The notes: generated from the sequence alone by a model not told the origin. Positions 1-6,872 are shown, counted from the first letter of the stretch. The stretch is 42,183 nucleotides of DNA from a bacterium (GCA_003354045.1 PIVZ01000002.1:1-42183); one strand, 5' to 3'. Made by a program: numbers and translations.

Positions 1-119
1 CGGCAGCCTGCGCGTATCCGCCATTCGCCGTCAGCGCAGAGAACTGCATGCGCAAACGAGTAGCCGCGAGGATCGGCGACCGGCAGTAGATGGAATCCTT
101 TCGCCCTGCGGAGGTCCGC
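1..119. repeat. Terminal overlap, copy A. It is identical to 42065-42183, so the unit genome is 42,064 bp and circularly closed.
   Basis: Direct string comparison of both ends: cggcagcctgcgcgtatccgcc...cctgcggaggtccgc occurs at both. The overlap lies inside a coding region, which fits an assembly overlap better than a physical end. Confidence 0.95.
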
Positions 120-524
120 ATCGATGAGGTTCGCCCACCGGAGGTTCGCCCTGCGGAGGTCCGCCTCGCTGAGGTCCGCCCACCGGAGGTTCGCCCCGCT
201 GAGGTCCGCCCCGCTGAGGTTCGCCTCGCTGAGGTCCGCCCACCGGAGGTCCGCATCGATGAGGTTCGCCCACCGGAGGTTCGCCTCGCTGAGGTTCGCC
301 TCGCTGAGGTCCGCCCCGCGGAGGTTCGCCTCGCTGAGGTTCGCCTCGCTGAGGTCCGCCCCGCTGAGGTTCGCATCGCTGAGGTTCGCATCGCTGAGGT
401 CCGCCCACCGGAGGTTCGCCCTGCTGAGGTCCGCCTCGAGGAGGTCCGGGATCGCACCACCATCTGCGCGGTGTGCGTTCCAGGCAGTTACGTCGGTGCG
501 TAGCGTGTCGATTGTTACTTCCAT
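1..524 (-). CDS. Pentapeptide-repeat protein, 5' (N-terminal) part. The full gene is complement(join(41938..42064,1..524)), 216 aa.
   Basis: Hand translation: ATG at 524-522 preceded by GGGGGGAG. Product [29 protein letters not shown], then about 22 consecutive A(D/N)LXX pentapeptides ([20 protein letters not shown] ...). The frame is still open at base 1, which explains its absence from the ORF track. Confidence 0.85.
   Translation of the reverse strand, partial: MEVTIDTLRTDVTAWNAHRADGGAIPDLLEADLSRANLRWADLSDANLSDANLSGADLSEANLSEANLRGADLSEANLSEANLRWANLIDADLRWADLSEANLSGADLSGANLRWADLSEADLRRANLRWANLIDADLRRAKGFHLLPVADPRGYSFAHAVLCADGEWRIRAGC
106..450. repeat. Tandem array of 23 units of 15 bp; consensus on the + strand is tcgctgaggtYcgcc.
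   Basis: Counted unit by unit. Several units are exactly identical (tcgctgaggtccgcc x5, caccggaggttcgcc x4). The array encodes the pentapeptide repeats on the minus strand and leaves several other frames open. Confidence 0.95.
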
Positions 525-552
525 CACTCGCTCCCCCCGTCAACTTCCCAGA

Positions 553-1281
553 TCATTTGAGCAGCGCCTTGACTGCCTTGGCCCCATCGAATGCCTTCCG
601 AATCTGCAGGAAGTAGTCGATTGCAGGCTGAACTGCAGCGCGTGTCCAGCTGCGATGTTCGAACGAAGCGATCTCCTTACTGAAGCGCAGGATGTGGACC
701 TCGTCGACGGGACCGAATAGGTCGTCTTGGTTCTCCTCAAGCAGGATGGTGTACCCGCCGCCAACTTGTACGAGGTGGTCTGCGTAGATCCCGTTCGAAG
801 TTTTCCAGTCGGGGACGACGAGCCGGTTCTCCTTGTCGCGCGCCACGAAGTCGATCCGGCCTCCGAAGTTGTGCTTGTCGGAGATGAGTGGAAGCTCGGT
901 CGCGAGTGGCGTGAGGCCTTGGGAGTCATACCAGCGCTTGAACTGGTCGAGGCAGTTCTCGGCTTGCTCGACCTGCTCCACGGTGAGGTGGTCGTAGTCG
1001 CTATTGTTCGCCATCGGCACCCCGGTCACCCAGACGTCGATAAGGTCGTGAGCGTACGTCCCCGTGTCTGCAGCGGCGCCTGCGACGGCATTGTGGGACT
1101 TCCCCTCCCGCTTACCACACTGAGCGCAACGCTCTTGGTCAGCGCATACAGGGTGCTCTCCCGAGCCAACCTGGTTCGCCCAGAACATCAGGCCACCCGA
1201 CTCCTTGAACCTGTTCGTGATGGTGGTGACGCCGGGGACTATCTCGCCCTTCGAGTTGCGGTACTTCTTGTGGGTTGCCAT
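553..1281 (-). CDS. PD-(D/E)XK (RecB/Cas4-type) exonuclease, the partner of the ERF annealase.
   Basis: 242 aa. Motifs GGRIDFVARD ... VVPDWKTS (D...D-x-K) and QVGGGY (QxxxY). Lies immediately downstream of the ERF gene. Confidence 0.8.
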   Translation of the reverse strand: MATHKKYRNSKGEIVPGVTTITNRFKESGGLMFWANQVGSGEHPVCADQERCAQCGKREGKSHNAVAGAAADTGTYAHDLIDVWVTGVPMANNSDYDHLTVEQVEQAENCLDQFKRWYDSQGLTPLATELPLISDKHNFGGRIDFVARDKENRLVVPDWKTSNGIYADHLVQVGGGYTILLEENQDDLFGPVDEVHILRFSKEIASFEHRSWTRAAVQPAIDYFLQIRKAFDGAKAVKALLK

Positions 1282-1282
1282 C

Positions 1283-2005
1283 TCAGTTCTCCTCCGGTGG
1301 GGTGTTCTCGGCCGCGATTTCCTTGAGGCGGTCGATGAGCTTGACGTGCTCCTTCTCCGTGATCGTCTTCGTGCTGCGGCTGTTGCCTTCGTCGTCCAGC
1401 CCGAGCAACTCGTCTATCACCGAGCGGAGGAGAGTCTCACGCTCAGGTCTGTCGAGTCCGCACGCTTCTCCGGTGGTGTTGGTCTGCGCCCACAGGTGAC
1501 GGCCGCGGATCACTGCGTCGTCTTGGGGGGCGGGGGGGTCCTGCCTCTTCTGTCGAGCAGGGGCTCCAGCGGCGGGCTCCGGCGGGCGGCGGGCGGGGTT
1601 CGCGTCGTCGTCCTCCTCCTCGAATGCCACCCCGAGGATGCAGGCCGCAGCGTACCGCCTCATGTAGGAGAGTTCGCTGCCGAGATCTTGGGCGTTGCCG
1701 GTCCCCTTCACGGGCAGGGTTGAGGAGATTGATTCCCCGTTCTCGTACATGAGGCATGACCTGAGCGAGAGCTTTCCATCGCGAATCGAAGTGGAGTTCG
1801 TCAAAGAGAAGTGGTGCTTCGCGAGAAGCGGCCTCACCTCATCGAGCAGATGGTCGTAGGTCGCGTAGCTGTAGCTGAACGAGCCACCACCCTTCATCTT
1901 CACGGTGACCTCGCGGTTGCACTTGACCGTCTTGAACTCGGCCTGCATGCTCGCGAGAGCGGTCGCCATAGCGGCTCGTTCGGTCCTGTCCTGTTCATCA
2001 TCCAT
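1283..2005 (-). CDS. erf: ERF-family single-strand annealing protein.
   Basis: YSYATYDHLLDEVRPLLAKHHFSL and GSELSYMRRYAAACILGV match the ERF pattern as I remember it. The ATG at 2005 has GGAAGGGGA 7 nt upstream; the ORF-track start at 2011 is a GTG. Confidence 0.85.
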   Translation of the reverse strand: MDDEQDRTERAAMATALASMQAEFKTVKCNREVTVKMKGGGSFSYSYATYDHLLDEVRPLLAKHHFSLTNSTSIRDGKLSLRSCLMYENGESISSTLPVKGTGNAQDLGSELSYMRRYAAACILGVAFEEEDDDANPARRPPEPAAGAPARQKRQDPPAPQDDAVIRGRHLWAQTNTTGEACGLDRPERETLLRSVIDELLGLDDEGNSRSTKTITEKEHVKLIDRLKEIAAENTPPEEN

Positions 2006-2023
2006 CGTCACATCCCCTTCCAG

Positions 2024-2052
2024 TTGACCCCATTCTACACGTAGGGTAAGCT
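2024..2052 (+). promoter_or_regulatory. Putative sigma70-type promoter for the Cro-like gene: TTGACC - 17 nt - TAAGCT.
   Basis: Hexamers at 2024-2029 and 2047-2052. The ATG at 2060 has no SD and lies about 7-8 nt after the -10, so the mRNA would be leaderless. Confidence 0.45.
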
Positions 2053-2060
2053 CGGCGCAA
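2032..2060 (-). promoter_or_regulatory. Putative promoter for the leftward ERF/exonuclease/pentapeptide operon: TTGCGC - 17 nt - TAGAAT.
   Basis: Reverse complement of 2055-2060 is TTGCGC and of 2032-2037 is TAGAAT. The -10 is formed by one arm of the palindrome at 2034-2045. Confidence 0.45.
2034..2045. promoter_or_regulatory. Candidate operator O1: inverted repeat TCTAC-AC-GTAGG.
   Basis: The same TCTAC-NN-GTAG(A/G) element occurs at 6861-6872 and 14534-14545, each in a control region. This one sits between the divergent ERF and Cro-like genes. Confidence 0.5.
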
Positions 2061-2296
2061 TGAAGAAACTACGCGACGCCATGGAAACGAAGGGCTGGGA
2101 GATTGCAGAGACCGCACGCCGGTGCCATGTGACCGACCAGTCGATCCGAAACCTCTTGGGGGAGGGGGCAACTCGCCCCACTGTCCCCGCCAAGGTAACT
2201 GCGGTTACAATGGTGCGCCTGATGGAGGTGTTCTTCCCGATGTTGGATTTCGAGGACTTCGTGCCTGGTACTACGCTGAAGATCTTCAAGGCATGA
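2060..2296 (+). CDS. Cro/XRE-like helix-turn-helix regulator.
   Basis: 78 aa. HTH-like segment WEIAETARRCHVTDQSIRNLLGEG. First gene of the rightward early island. Confidence 0.75.
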   Translation: MKKLRDAMETKGWEIAETARRCHVTDQSIRNLLGEGATRPTVPAKVTAVTMVRLMEVFFPMLDFEDFVPGTTLKIFKA

Positions 2297-2487
2297 CGAC
2301 GAAGATTCGGATGTGTTGCGATTGTGATTGGTCCGCGGGTGGAGTCACGCCAGGAGGGGAGGATGTGTTCGAGTGTCGAGCGAGGCCTCCTGTACTACGC
2401 CCAGACAACGCGCTCTTCAATGCCTTGTGGCCTGTCGTGATGGCGGAGGACTGGTGTCGCGAGTACTCCGAGATCGATGATGAGTGA
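2293..2487 (+). CDS. Small Cys/Trp-rich hypothetical protein.
   Basis: 64 aa. ATG at 2293 overlaps the upstream stop (ATGA). Product MTTKIRMCCDCDWS...WPVVMAEDWCREY. Confidence 0.55.
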   Translation: MTTKIRMCCDCDWSAGGVTPGGEDVFECRARPPVLRPDNALFNALWPVVMAEDWCREYSEIDDE

Positions 2488-2806
2488 GAAGCCTGTCATG
2501 AAGCCGGAGTTCTGGCAGATGCTGGCTGACGTCCGACCCCACGGCCGAGAACTCACCGCCGCAGATGTTGAGAGTTGGTTCGATCTGAAGTGGCCCTCGT
2601 ACTCGGCCAGCGGATACCGCAACCACAAGAAGGCCATCGCTTCGTGGTGGGCGCGTGTGTGGGAGAGCGAGATCGATGCGGCTATCGAACGTCGCGTTGC
2701 CATCGAAGACCTCGACGAGACCCGCAGGCTCGAAGCGCAACTCTCAGACGATGCAGAGGAGCGGGCTGAGACGCCGAACCACTTCCTCCAACTCGTGAAC
2801 AGGTAA
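2477..2806 (+). CDS. Hypothetical protein.
   Basis: 109 aa. Overlaps the upstream stop by 11 nt. Plausible composition and operon position; no motif recognised. Confidence 0.55.
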   Translation: MMSEKPVMKPEFWQMLADVRPHGRELTAADVESWFDLKWPSYSASGYRNHKKAIASWWARVWESEIDAAIERRVAIEDLDETRRLEAQLSDDAEERAETPNHFLQLVNR

Positions 2807-2829
2807 CCCGGCTGCTATGAGGAGTACGT

Positions 2830-3711
2830 GTGTTGTCAGACCATGATCGGTTTCTGCTTGGGCTCGAGCCCACCGCCACGCTAAGAGCCTGCAAGGCACT
2901 CCACGAAGCCCTGCAACTGAGAACCGAGAACACGTACTACAACATGGGCGAGTTACCCCCCGAAGAGGATCTGAAGCAATGGCCCTCGACGCTCGACTAC
3001 ATCGAGACTCAATGCGGCGGGTTCTACGGCATGAGTGTCATCGTTGGGGAGAAGGGCGCGGGCAAGACCATGCTGTGTATCGCATCTGCGATCGAGGCGG
3101 CGGCGAGTGGGAATTGGCAAGTCGTATACCTATGTGCCGAAGATGACATCCACGGCTTCGCGTATCGCTTCAATACCTACGTTGAGGCTCACCCAAGTGC
3201 GGCCGACTGTTTCGAGAACTTCCACTTCATCCACGTTGGCAAAGGCCAGGACCCCGCGTCACTCACTGCGGAGATCTTCGGGGTGCTCGACCAGCGACTC
3301 GATATCCCACTACTCGTTTGCATGGACTCGATCAACTCAATCGTGAACCTCGGCTCTGGCGACTACCTCAAGACGCTGAAGGAGTTTGGGATCTGGGCGA
3401 TGTTGAGCAGGCGGATCTCCGGGGCTGATGTGAGTTGGATGATCACGAGTGAGACGAACAAGTCAGGCAATGCGAAGGGCGAGGCTCTGCCGTTCTGGGC
3501 TGACGTCGTGATGCGGATCAAGAGCGCGAAGGACTCCGACGTGGTGGTGATGATGGATCTGGTCAAGTCTCGGCGTACGAGTCTCGGTCCAAGTGGCGGT
3601 GCGATGGGCAAGCTGGGACGCAATGTGAAGATTGGGAGGTTCGAACCTGAACATTTCACCCCGCGGCTGGTGGCGGTGGACGGAGGAGGGGGACACTTTG
3701 GGGAACTCTGA
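2830..3711 (+). CDS. RecA/DnaB-superfamily P-loop ATPase (putative replicative helicase or loader).
   Basis: 293 aa. GTG start with AGGAG upstream. Walker A GEKGAGKT and Walker B-like LLVCMDS. Confidence 0.8.
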   Translation: MLSDHDRFLLGLEPTATLRACKALHEALQLRTENTYYNMGELPPEEDLKQWPSTLDYIETQCGGFYGMSVIVGEKGAGKTMLCIASAIEAAASGNWQVVYLCAEDDIHGFAYRFNTYVEAHPSAADCFENFHFIHVGKGQDPASLTAEIFGVLDQRLDIPLLVCMDSINSIVNLGSGDYLKTLKEFGIWAMLSRRISGADVSWMITSETNKSGNAKGEALPFWADVVMRIKSAKDSDVVVMMDLVKSRRTSLGPSGGAMGKLGRNVKIGRFEPEHFTPRLVAVDGGGGHFGEL

Positions 3712-4084
3712 AGAGACGAAGACCGAGGAGCAACTCCACGAAGAGAACCACCGGGAGATCGCAACCCGCCTGGGCTCCGAGTTCGCGAAGATCTCGAGAA
3801 CCTTCCTGCCTGTGATGGGCGAGGCATTGGGCCGAACCGAGAAGGACATCACGTTTGGCTGCACAGTGACGATGAGGCGCGGCAAGGACCGTCTCGTCAT
3901 CTGCAAGATCAAAGCGAACGAGCCGAAGATCCCCACCGAGCCGATCGAGCCGGTCCACTTCGTCTGTGAGCGGTCCAAGATCGGAGAGCAGATGGCCTTC
4001 GTTTGGCCGGGTACGCTGAAGTCATTTCGCGCCGAGCTCGCGGATCGCGATGTTAGACCCGATCAGAAGCCAGGGGATGAGTGA
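3698..4084 (+). CDS. Hypothetical protein; start uncertain.
   Basis: ORF 3632-4084. TTG at 3698 follows GGAGGAGGGGGA. The earlier part of the ORF overlaps the ATPase gene. Confidence 0.45.
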   Translation: MGNSEETKTEEQLHEENHREIATRLGSEFAKISRTFLPVMGEALGRTEKDITFGCTVTMRRGKDRLVICKIKANEPKIPTEPIEPVHFVCERSKIGEQMAFVWPGTLKSFRAELADRDVRPDQKPGDE

Positions 4085-4532
4085 TCTGCGGGTCTGGCAC
4101 CTCCGCTTCGACGACCAGCCGCTACCCAAGACCCAAGCCGACGTCATGAAGAGGTGGGCGAGGGCAAAATACCGCACATTCTGGCACTCTCGGGTCCGAG
4201 AAGAGGTTCTCTGCTCCGGTGGCCCACCCCCATCTCCGCTCCTGTATGCCGCTGTGCGGGGCGAACGCCACTCGTCGAGTAGACCAGACCGGATCAACGT
4301 CTGGTACTCGTTCAAGGCGATCGTCGACGGCCTCAACCTGCATGTCATCCTGGACGACAACCCAGGAGTGATCATCCACGAGGATTACCAATGGGTGAAG
4401 GCCCCTCCGAAGAATGGCTTCGTGACGCTGGACGTGTATGAGTTGAGAGGTCCGGAGGATCGAGTCCCTTGGCTACCATACGCTCAGGCTGAAGTATCCC
4501 CACCCATACCGCCCAATCCGGCTCAGGGCTGA
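4077..4532 (+). CDS. RusA-like Holliday-junction resolvase.
   Basis: 151 aa from ATG 4077, which overlaps the upstream stop region. RPDRINVWYSFKAIVDGL...ILDDNPGVI resembles the RusA D-x-D-N...K...D-x-L...DD core (recalled E. coli RusA [25 protein letters not shown]). Confidence 0.6.
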   Translation: MSDLRVWHLRFDDQPLPKTQADVMKRWARAKYRTFWHSRVREEVLCSGGPPPSPLLYAAVRGERHSSSRPDRINVWYSFKAIVDGLNLHVILDDNPGVIIHEDYQWVKAPPKNGFVTLDVYELRGPEDRVPWLPYAQAEVSPPIPPNPAQG

Positions 4533-4737
4533 ACGTATTCACGTAGTGCAGTTCGACGAACCGCAGCTTCCCGCCCTTCTTGCGCCTTGAGATCTTGCAC
4601 GACCTCAGCACGTAGCCTCGGGGCTGGTTGTCGTCGGCGTACCTGTAGGTATTGCACGCTGCTTCGAGGTCGACCGCGTGGAGTCGAGCGTAGACCGAGC
4701 GCCCGTCTGCTTCGATGGTGAAGTCTTCCTTCCTCAT
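4372..4737 (-). CDS. Hypothetical protein. Its tail overlaps the RusA-like gene convergently.
   Basis: 121 aa from ATG 4737, which forms an ATGA overlap with the upstream micro-ORF stop. The N-terminal two thirds (MRKEDFTIEADGRSVYARLHAVDLEAACNTYRY...) look like a real protein. Confidence 0.5.
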   Translation of the reverse strand: MRKEDFTIEADGRSVYARLHAVDLEAACNTYRYADDNQPRGYVLRSCKISRRKKGGKLRFVELHYVNTFSPEPDWAVWVGILQPERMVAKGLDPPDLSTHTRPASRSHSSEGPSPIGNPRG

Positions 4738-4841
4738 CGGACCATGCACCAGATCCATCCGACGAGGACGAAGGCCCCAGCCCACAGCCCGCTCGCGACG
4801 GCAAACGCCTCGGGCCACCCCAACAACTCTTCGCACTCCAT
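4734..4841 (-). CDS. 35-aa single-pass membrane micro-protein (not in the ORF track).
   Basis: Hand translation gives MECEELLGWPEAFAVASGLWAGAFVLVGWIWCMVR. ATG at 4841 lies 8 nt after GGAGG. Both ends are translationally coupled to their neighbours (TAGATG upstream, ATGA downstream). Confidence 0.35.
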   Translation of the reverse strand: MECEELLGWPEAFAVASGLWAGAFVLVGWIWCMVR

Positions 4842-5150
4842 CTACTCCCCCTCCACCATCTCGGCCAGCTTATGTGATTCCTCCGATTCGTCCATCATCA
4901 TCTCAAGTGCCTCCTGGTCGGGCACTGCCGGCTCGGCCAAGATGTGGTTCGCCTCCATCCCATCGACCTCGTCCACAGTGCGCCCGTCGAACCCAACCTG
5001 CTTGCCGATGAGGTCCCAAGCCTCGTTGACTCGCCTCGTGTAGAGAGAGTTCGTGTCGTGGGCTGAGTGGATCCCCTCCCCGCGCTGGTACTCGCAGACC
5101 TTCGACAGGAAGGAGAGTTGCTTGTTGGTGAGGATGAAGCGCTGTTTCAC
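4842..5150 (-). CDS. Hypothetical acidic-tailed protein.
   Basis: ORF 4842-5216. GTG at 5150 forms a GTGA overlap with the upstream stop and has GAAGGGGA upstream. 102 aa. Confidence 0.55.
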   Translation of the reverse strand: MKQRFILTNKQLSFLSKVCEYQRGEGIHSAHDTNSLYTRRVNEAWDLIGKQVGFDGRTVDEVDGMEANHILAEPAVPDQEALEMMMDESEESHKLAEMVEGE

Positions 5151-5692
5151 TTCGCAATCCCCTTCATGCCACCCAGCTTGATCCAAGAGTCCACCGCCTC
5201 GCGAGAACCGCGGCACTGGGCGGGGGCGTGGACGTGGATCCAGGTCATGGTCGCCCGCAGGTCGTCGATAGTGTCGATAGTGCTGCTGACGACGACGCTG
5301 GAGAACAGTCTCAGATCATTCATGAATAGCGCGGCGACGAATCCGCGTTCTTGACCCGATACGTCGCCATCCAACACGTAGTTGACCATGGACGCATGGA
5401 GATGGGATGGCACCTTAAGCGTCTCAGCCCCCCCCCTCATCCAGCGCTCTTGCGTCTCCCAGTCAGTCAGGATGGAGGGCGGGGTGATCTCCGGAGACGT
5501 GTCCACCGCGATGGACTGTGGCTCAAGGATCCGCAGCGCCGCCTTCGATACCACCTCCACCACGTCGCCGAGCCTGTCGATCGACTCGCGGAGGTCGATC
5601 AGGATGTGGAGTTGCTGTTCTTGGGCCATGTCGTTGGGGTCGACGGTCGCTCCATCGCTCAAGTCTACCACTTGCTCGTGCTTGATTGCCAT
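5147..5692 (-). CDS. Conserved-looking hypothetical protein.
   Basis: 181 aa from ATG 5692, 1 nt after the recombinase stop. C-terminal segment VNYVLDGDVSGQERGFVAALFMNDLRLF...WIHVHAPAQCRGSREAVDSW resembles a widespread small phage family whose name I cannot place. Confidence 0.65.
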   Translation of the reverse strand: MAIKHEQVVDLSDGATVDPNDMAQEQQLHILIDLRESIDRLGDVVEVVSKAALRILEPQSIAVDTSPEITPPSILTDWETQERWMRGGAETLKVPSHLHASMVNYVLDGDVSGQERGFVAALFMNDLRLFSSVVVSSTIDTIDDLRATMTWIHVHAPAQCRGSREAVDSWIKLGGMKGIAK

Positions 5693-5693
5693 C

Positions 5694-6242
5694 TCAGTCC
5701 CTCGCTCCCATCTGTTCCGCCGCAGACTGCTCGATGGCCAATCCATCAAGGTAAATCTGGGTGGTGAGTAGGCTCTTGTGGCCCAGAATCTTCTGAATCA
5801 CCCGAACCTCGAAACCCTCCTTCATCAGATCCCGCGCGCAACAATGGCGAAGAGCGTGGGGGTTGATGTCGGGGTGGATGTACTTCATGCGGCTTAGAGT
5901 CCTGCGGAAAGTCGAGGTCGCCGCCTGGTGGCCGTGGCAGGTGTCGAGCAGCCAGCCAGACTTCCTGCGGCGGACCTGACGAGTGATGAACTTGGCGTAA
6001 ATCGCGCCGATTCGAACATCTCGAGCCACCCCGCCCTTCCCTCGGGCGATTCGAACTCGGATCTGGCCGCCCGACAGCTCCTTCAGGTCGCCCACCTTCA
6101 AGCACCGCGCCTCATCGCTGCGGAGGCCACCTCGCCACATCAAAACCACCATCGCCTTGTCGCGGGTCTTCTTGAGCTTCTGGAGCAACTTCTCGGGGAT
6201 CCCCGGCGGCAGAGCCTTCTCGGTGATGTTGCGGGGCCTCAT
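5694..6242 (-). CDS. Tyrosine recombinase, catalytic domain only.
   Basis: 182 aa from ATG 6242 (ATGA overlap). Full catalytic set is visible: R (GGLRSDE), K (ARGKGG), H-x-x-R (HALRH), H (LGHKS) and Y (TTQIYL). Only about 25 aa precede the first Arg box. Confidence 0.85.
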   Translation of the reverse strand: MRPRNITEKALPPGIPEKLLQKLKKTRDKAMVVLMWRGGLRSDEARCLKVGDLKELSGGQIRVRIARGKGGVARDVRIGAIYAKFITRQVRRRKSGWLLDTCHGHQAATSTFRRTLSRMKYIHPDINPHALRHCCARDLMKEGFEVRVIQKILGHKSLLTTQIYLDGLAIEQSAAEQMGARD

Positions 6243-6718
6243 TGGGAGAGTACTTCGCGAAGGCGGATGAGTTGCCATTCGTCCTCGGCCCCGGCGGTGG
6301 CACTGGCGGTGGCCCGGGCTGCCCTGGCGGCGGCCCTGGCCGCCTGCTGAGCGTCCGCCAGCTCTTCCGATGTGGCCTCGTTATTCGCAAAGCTGCGCAC
6401 CACGTCAAGCGTGTCTGAGGGCTGCCAAGTGCAGCCCGGTGGAGCAACCCAGAGGTGCGAAACGTGTTCGGCGAAATCTGCCGCGAGGAGTCTCGCAGTG
6501 CGCGCGTCCAGCACCTCGGCGCGTAGCAACAGCCACAATACGTCAGCGCATGGGATATCCAGATCACAAGCCTCGACAAGAGTGATCTCCTCACGACCCC
6601 CGGTGATGGAGAGTAGTTTCTCTCGCCCGTCGTAGCTCGGCGCGCAAGGACCCCAGCCAAGAACGGTATCGATGGTGAGCTTGGTCATTGTCATCATCGC
6701 GCCACTGATCTCTTCCAT
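6239..6718 (-). CDS. Hypothetical protein with an Ala/Arg-rich C-terminal segment.
   Basis: 159 aa from ATG 6718 (GGGAGG 7 nt upstream). Contains WGPCAPSY...DVLWLLLR...AQQAARAAARAARATASATAG. Confidence 0.6.
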   Translation of the reverse strand: MEEISGAMMTMTKLTIDTVLGWGPCAPSYDGREKLLSITGGREEITLVEACDLDIPCADVLWLLLRAEVLDARTARLLAADFAEHVSHLWVAPPGCTWQPSDTLDVVRSFANNEATSEELADAQQAARAAARAARATASATAGAEDEWQLIRLREVLSQ

Positions 6719-6860
6719 GATGTTGCCTCCCGTGGGCATCGTCGCGCCCGTCTACGTTCATATGTGCAGCCACCGTTGGCCCAGATTGCCCAAGCCAACC
6801 CAACCCCCCCAGGCGGTCCCTCGATGAGGAGTTTCCTCGTGAAGAAGGTGGCCGCACCCA

Positions 6861-6872
6861 TCTACGTGTAGG
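6861..6872. promoter_or_regulatory. Candidate operator O2: inverted repeat TCTAC-GT-GTAGG.
   Basis: Lies in the 171-bp intergenic region upstream of the 6718 operon. On the minus strand, TTGACT (6893-6888) is followed by 17 nt and then TACACG, the same geometry as at 14566-14538. Confidence 0.4.

Noticed and set aside
31-720. Three long ORFs over the repeat array: 31-543 (-), 90-503 (+) and 124-720 (+), with products such as [13 protein letters not shown]... and [10 protein letters not shown]...
   Set aside because: They are by-products of the 15-bp periodicity, which removes stop codons from these frames. Only the A(D/N)LXX frame on the minus strand has an ATG with an SD, matches the strand of the surrounding operon and gives a known protein repeat class.
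3638-3647. GGTTCGAACC, resembling a tRNA T-arm.
   Set aside because: It lies inside the ATPase coding frame (IGRFEPEH), with no acceptor or anticodon arms around it. I found no tRNA-like cloverleaf anywhere in the window by eye. tRNAscan-SE should confirm this.
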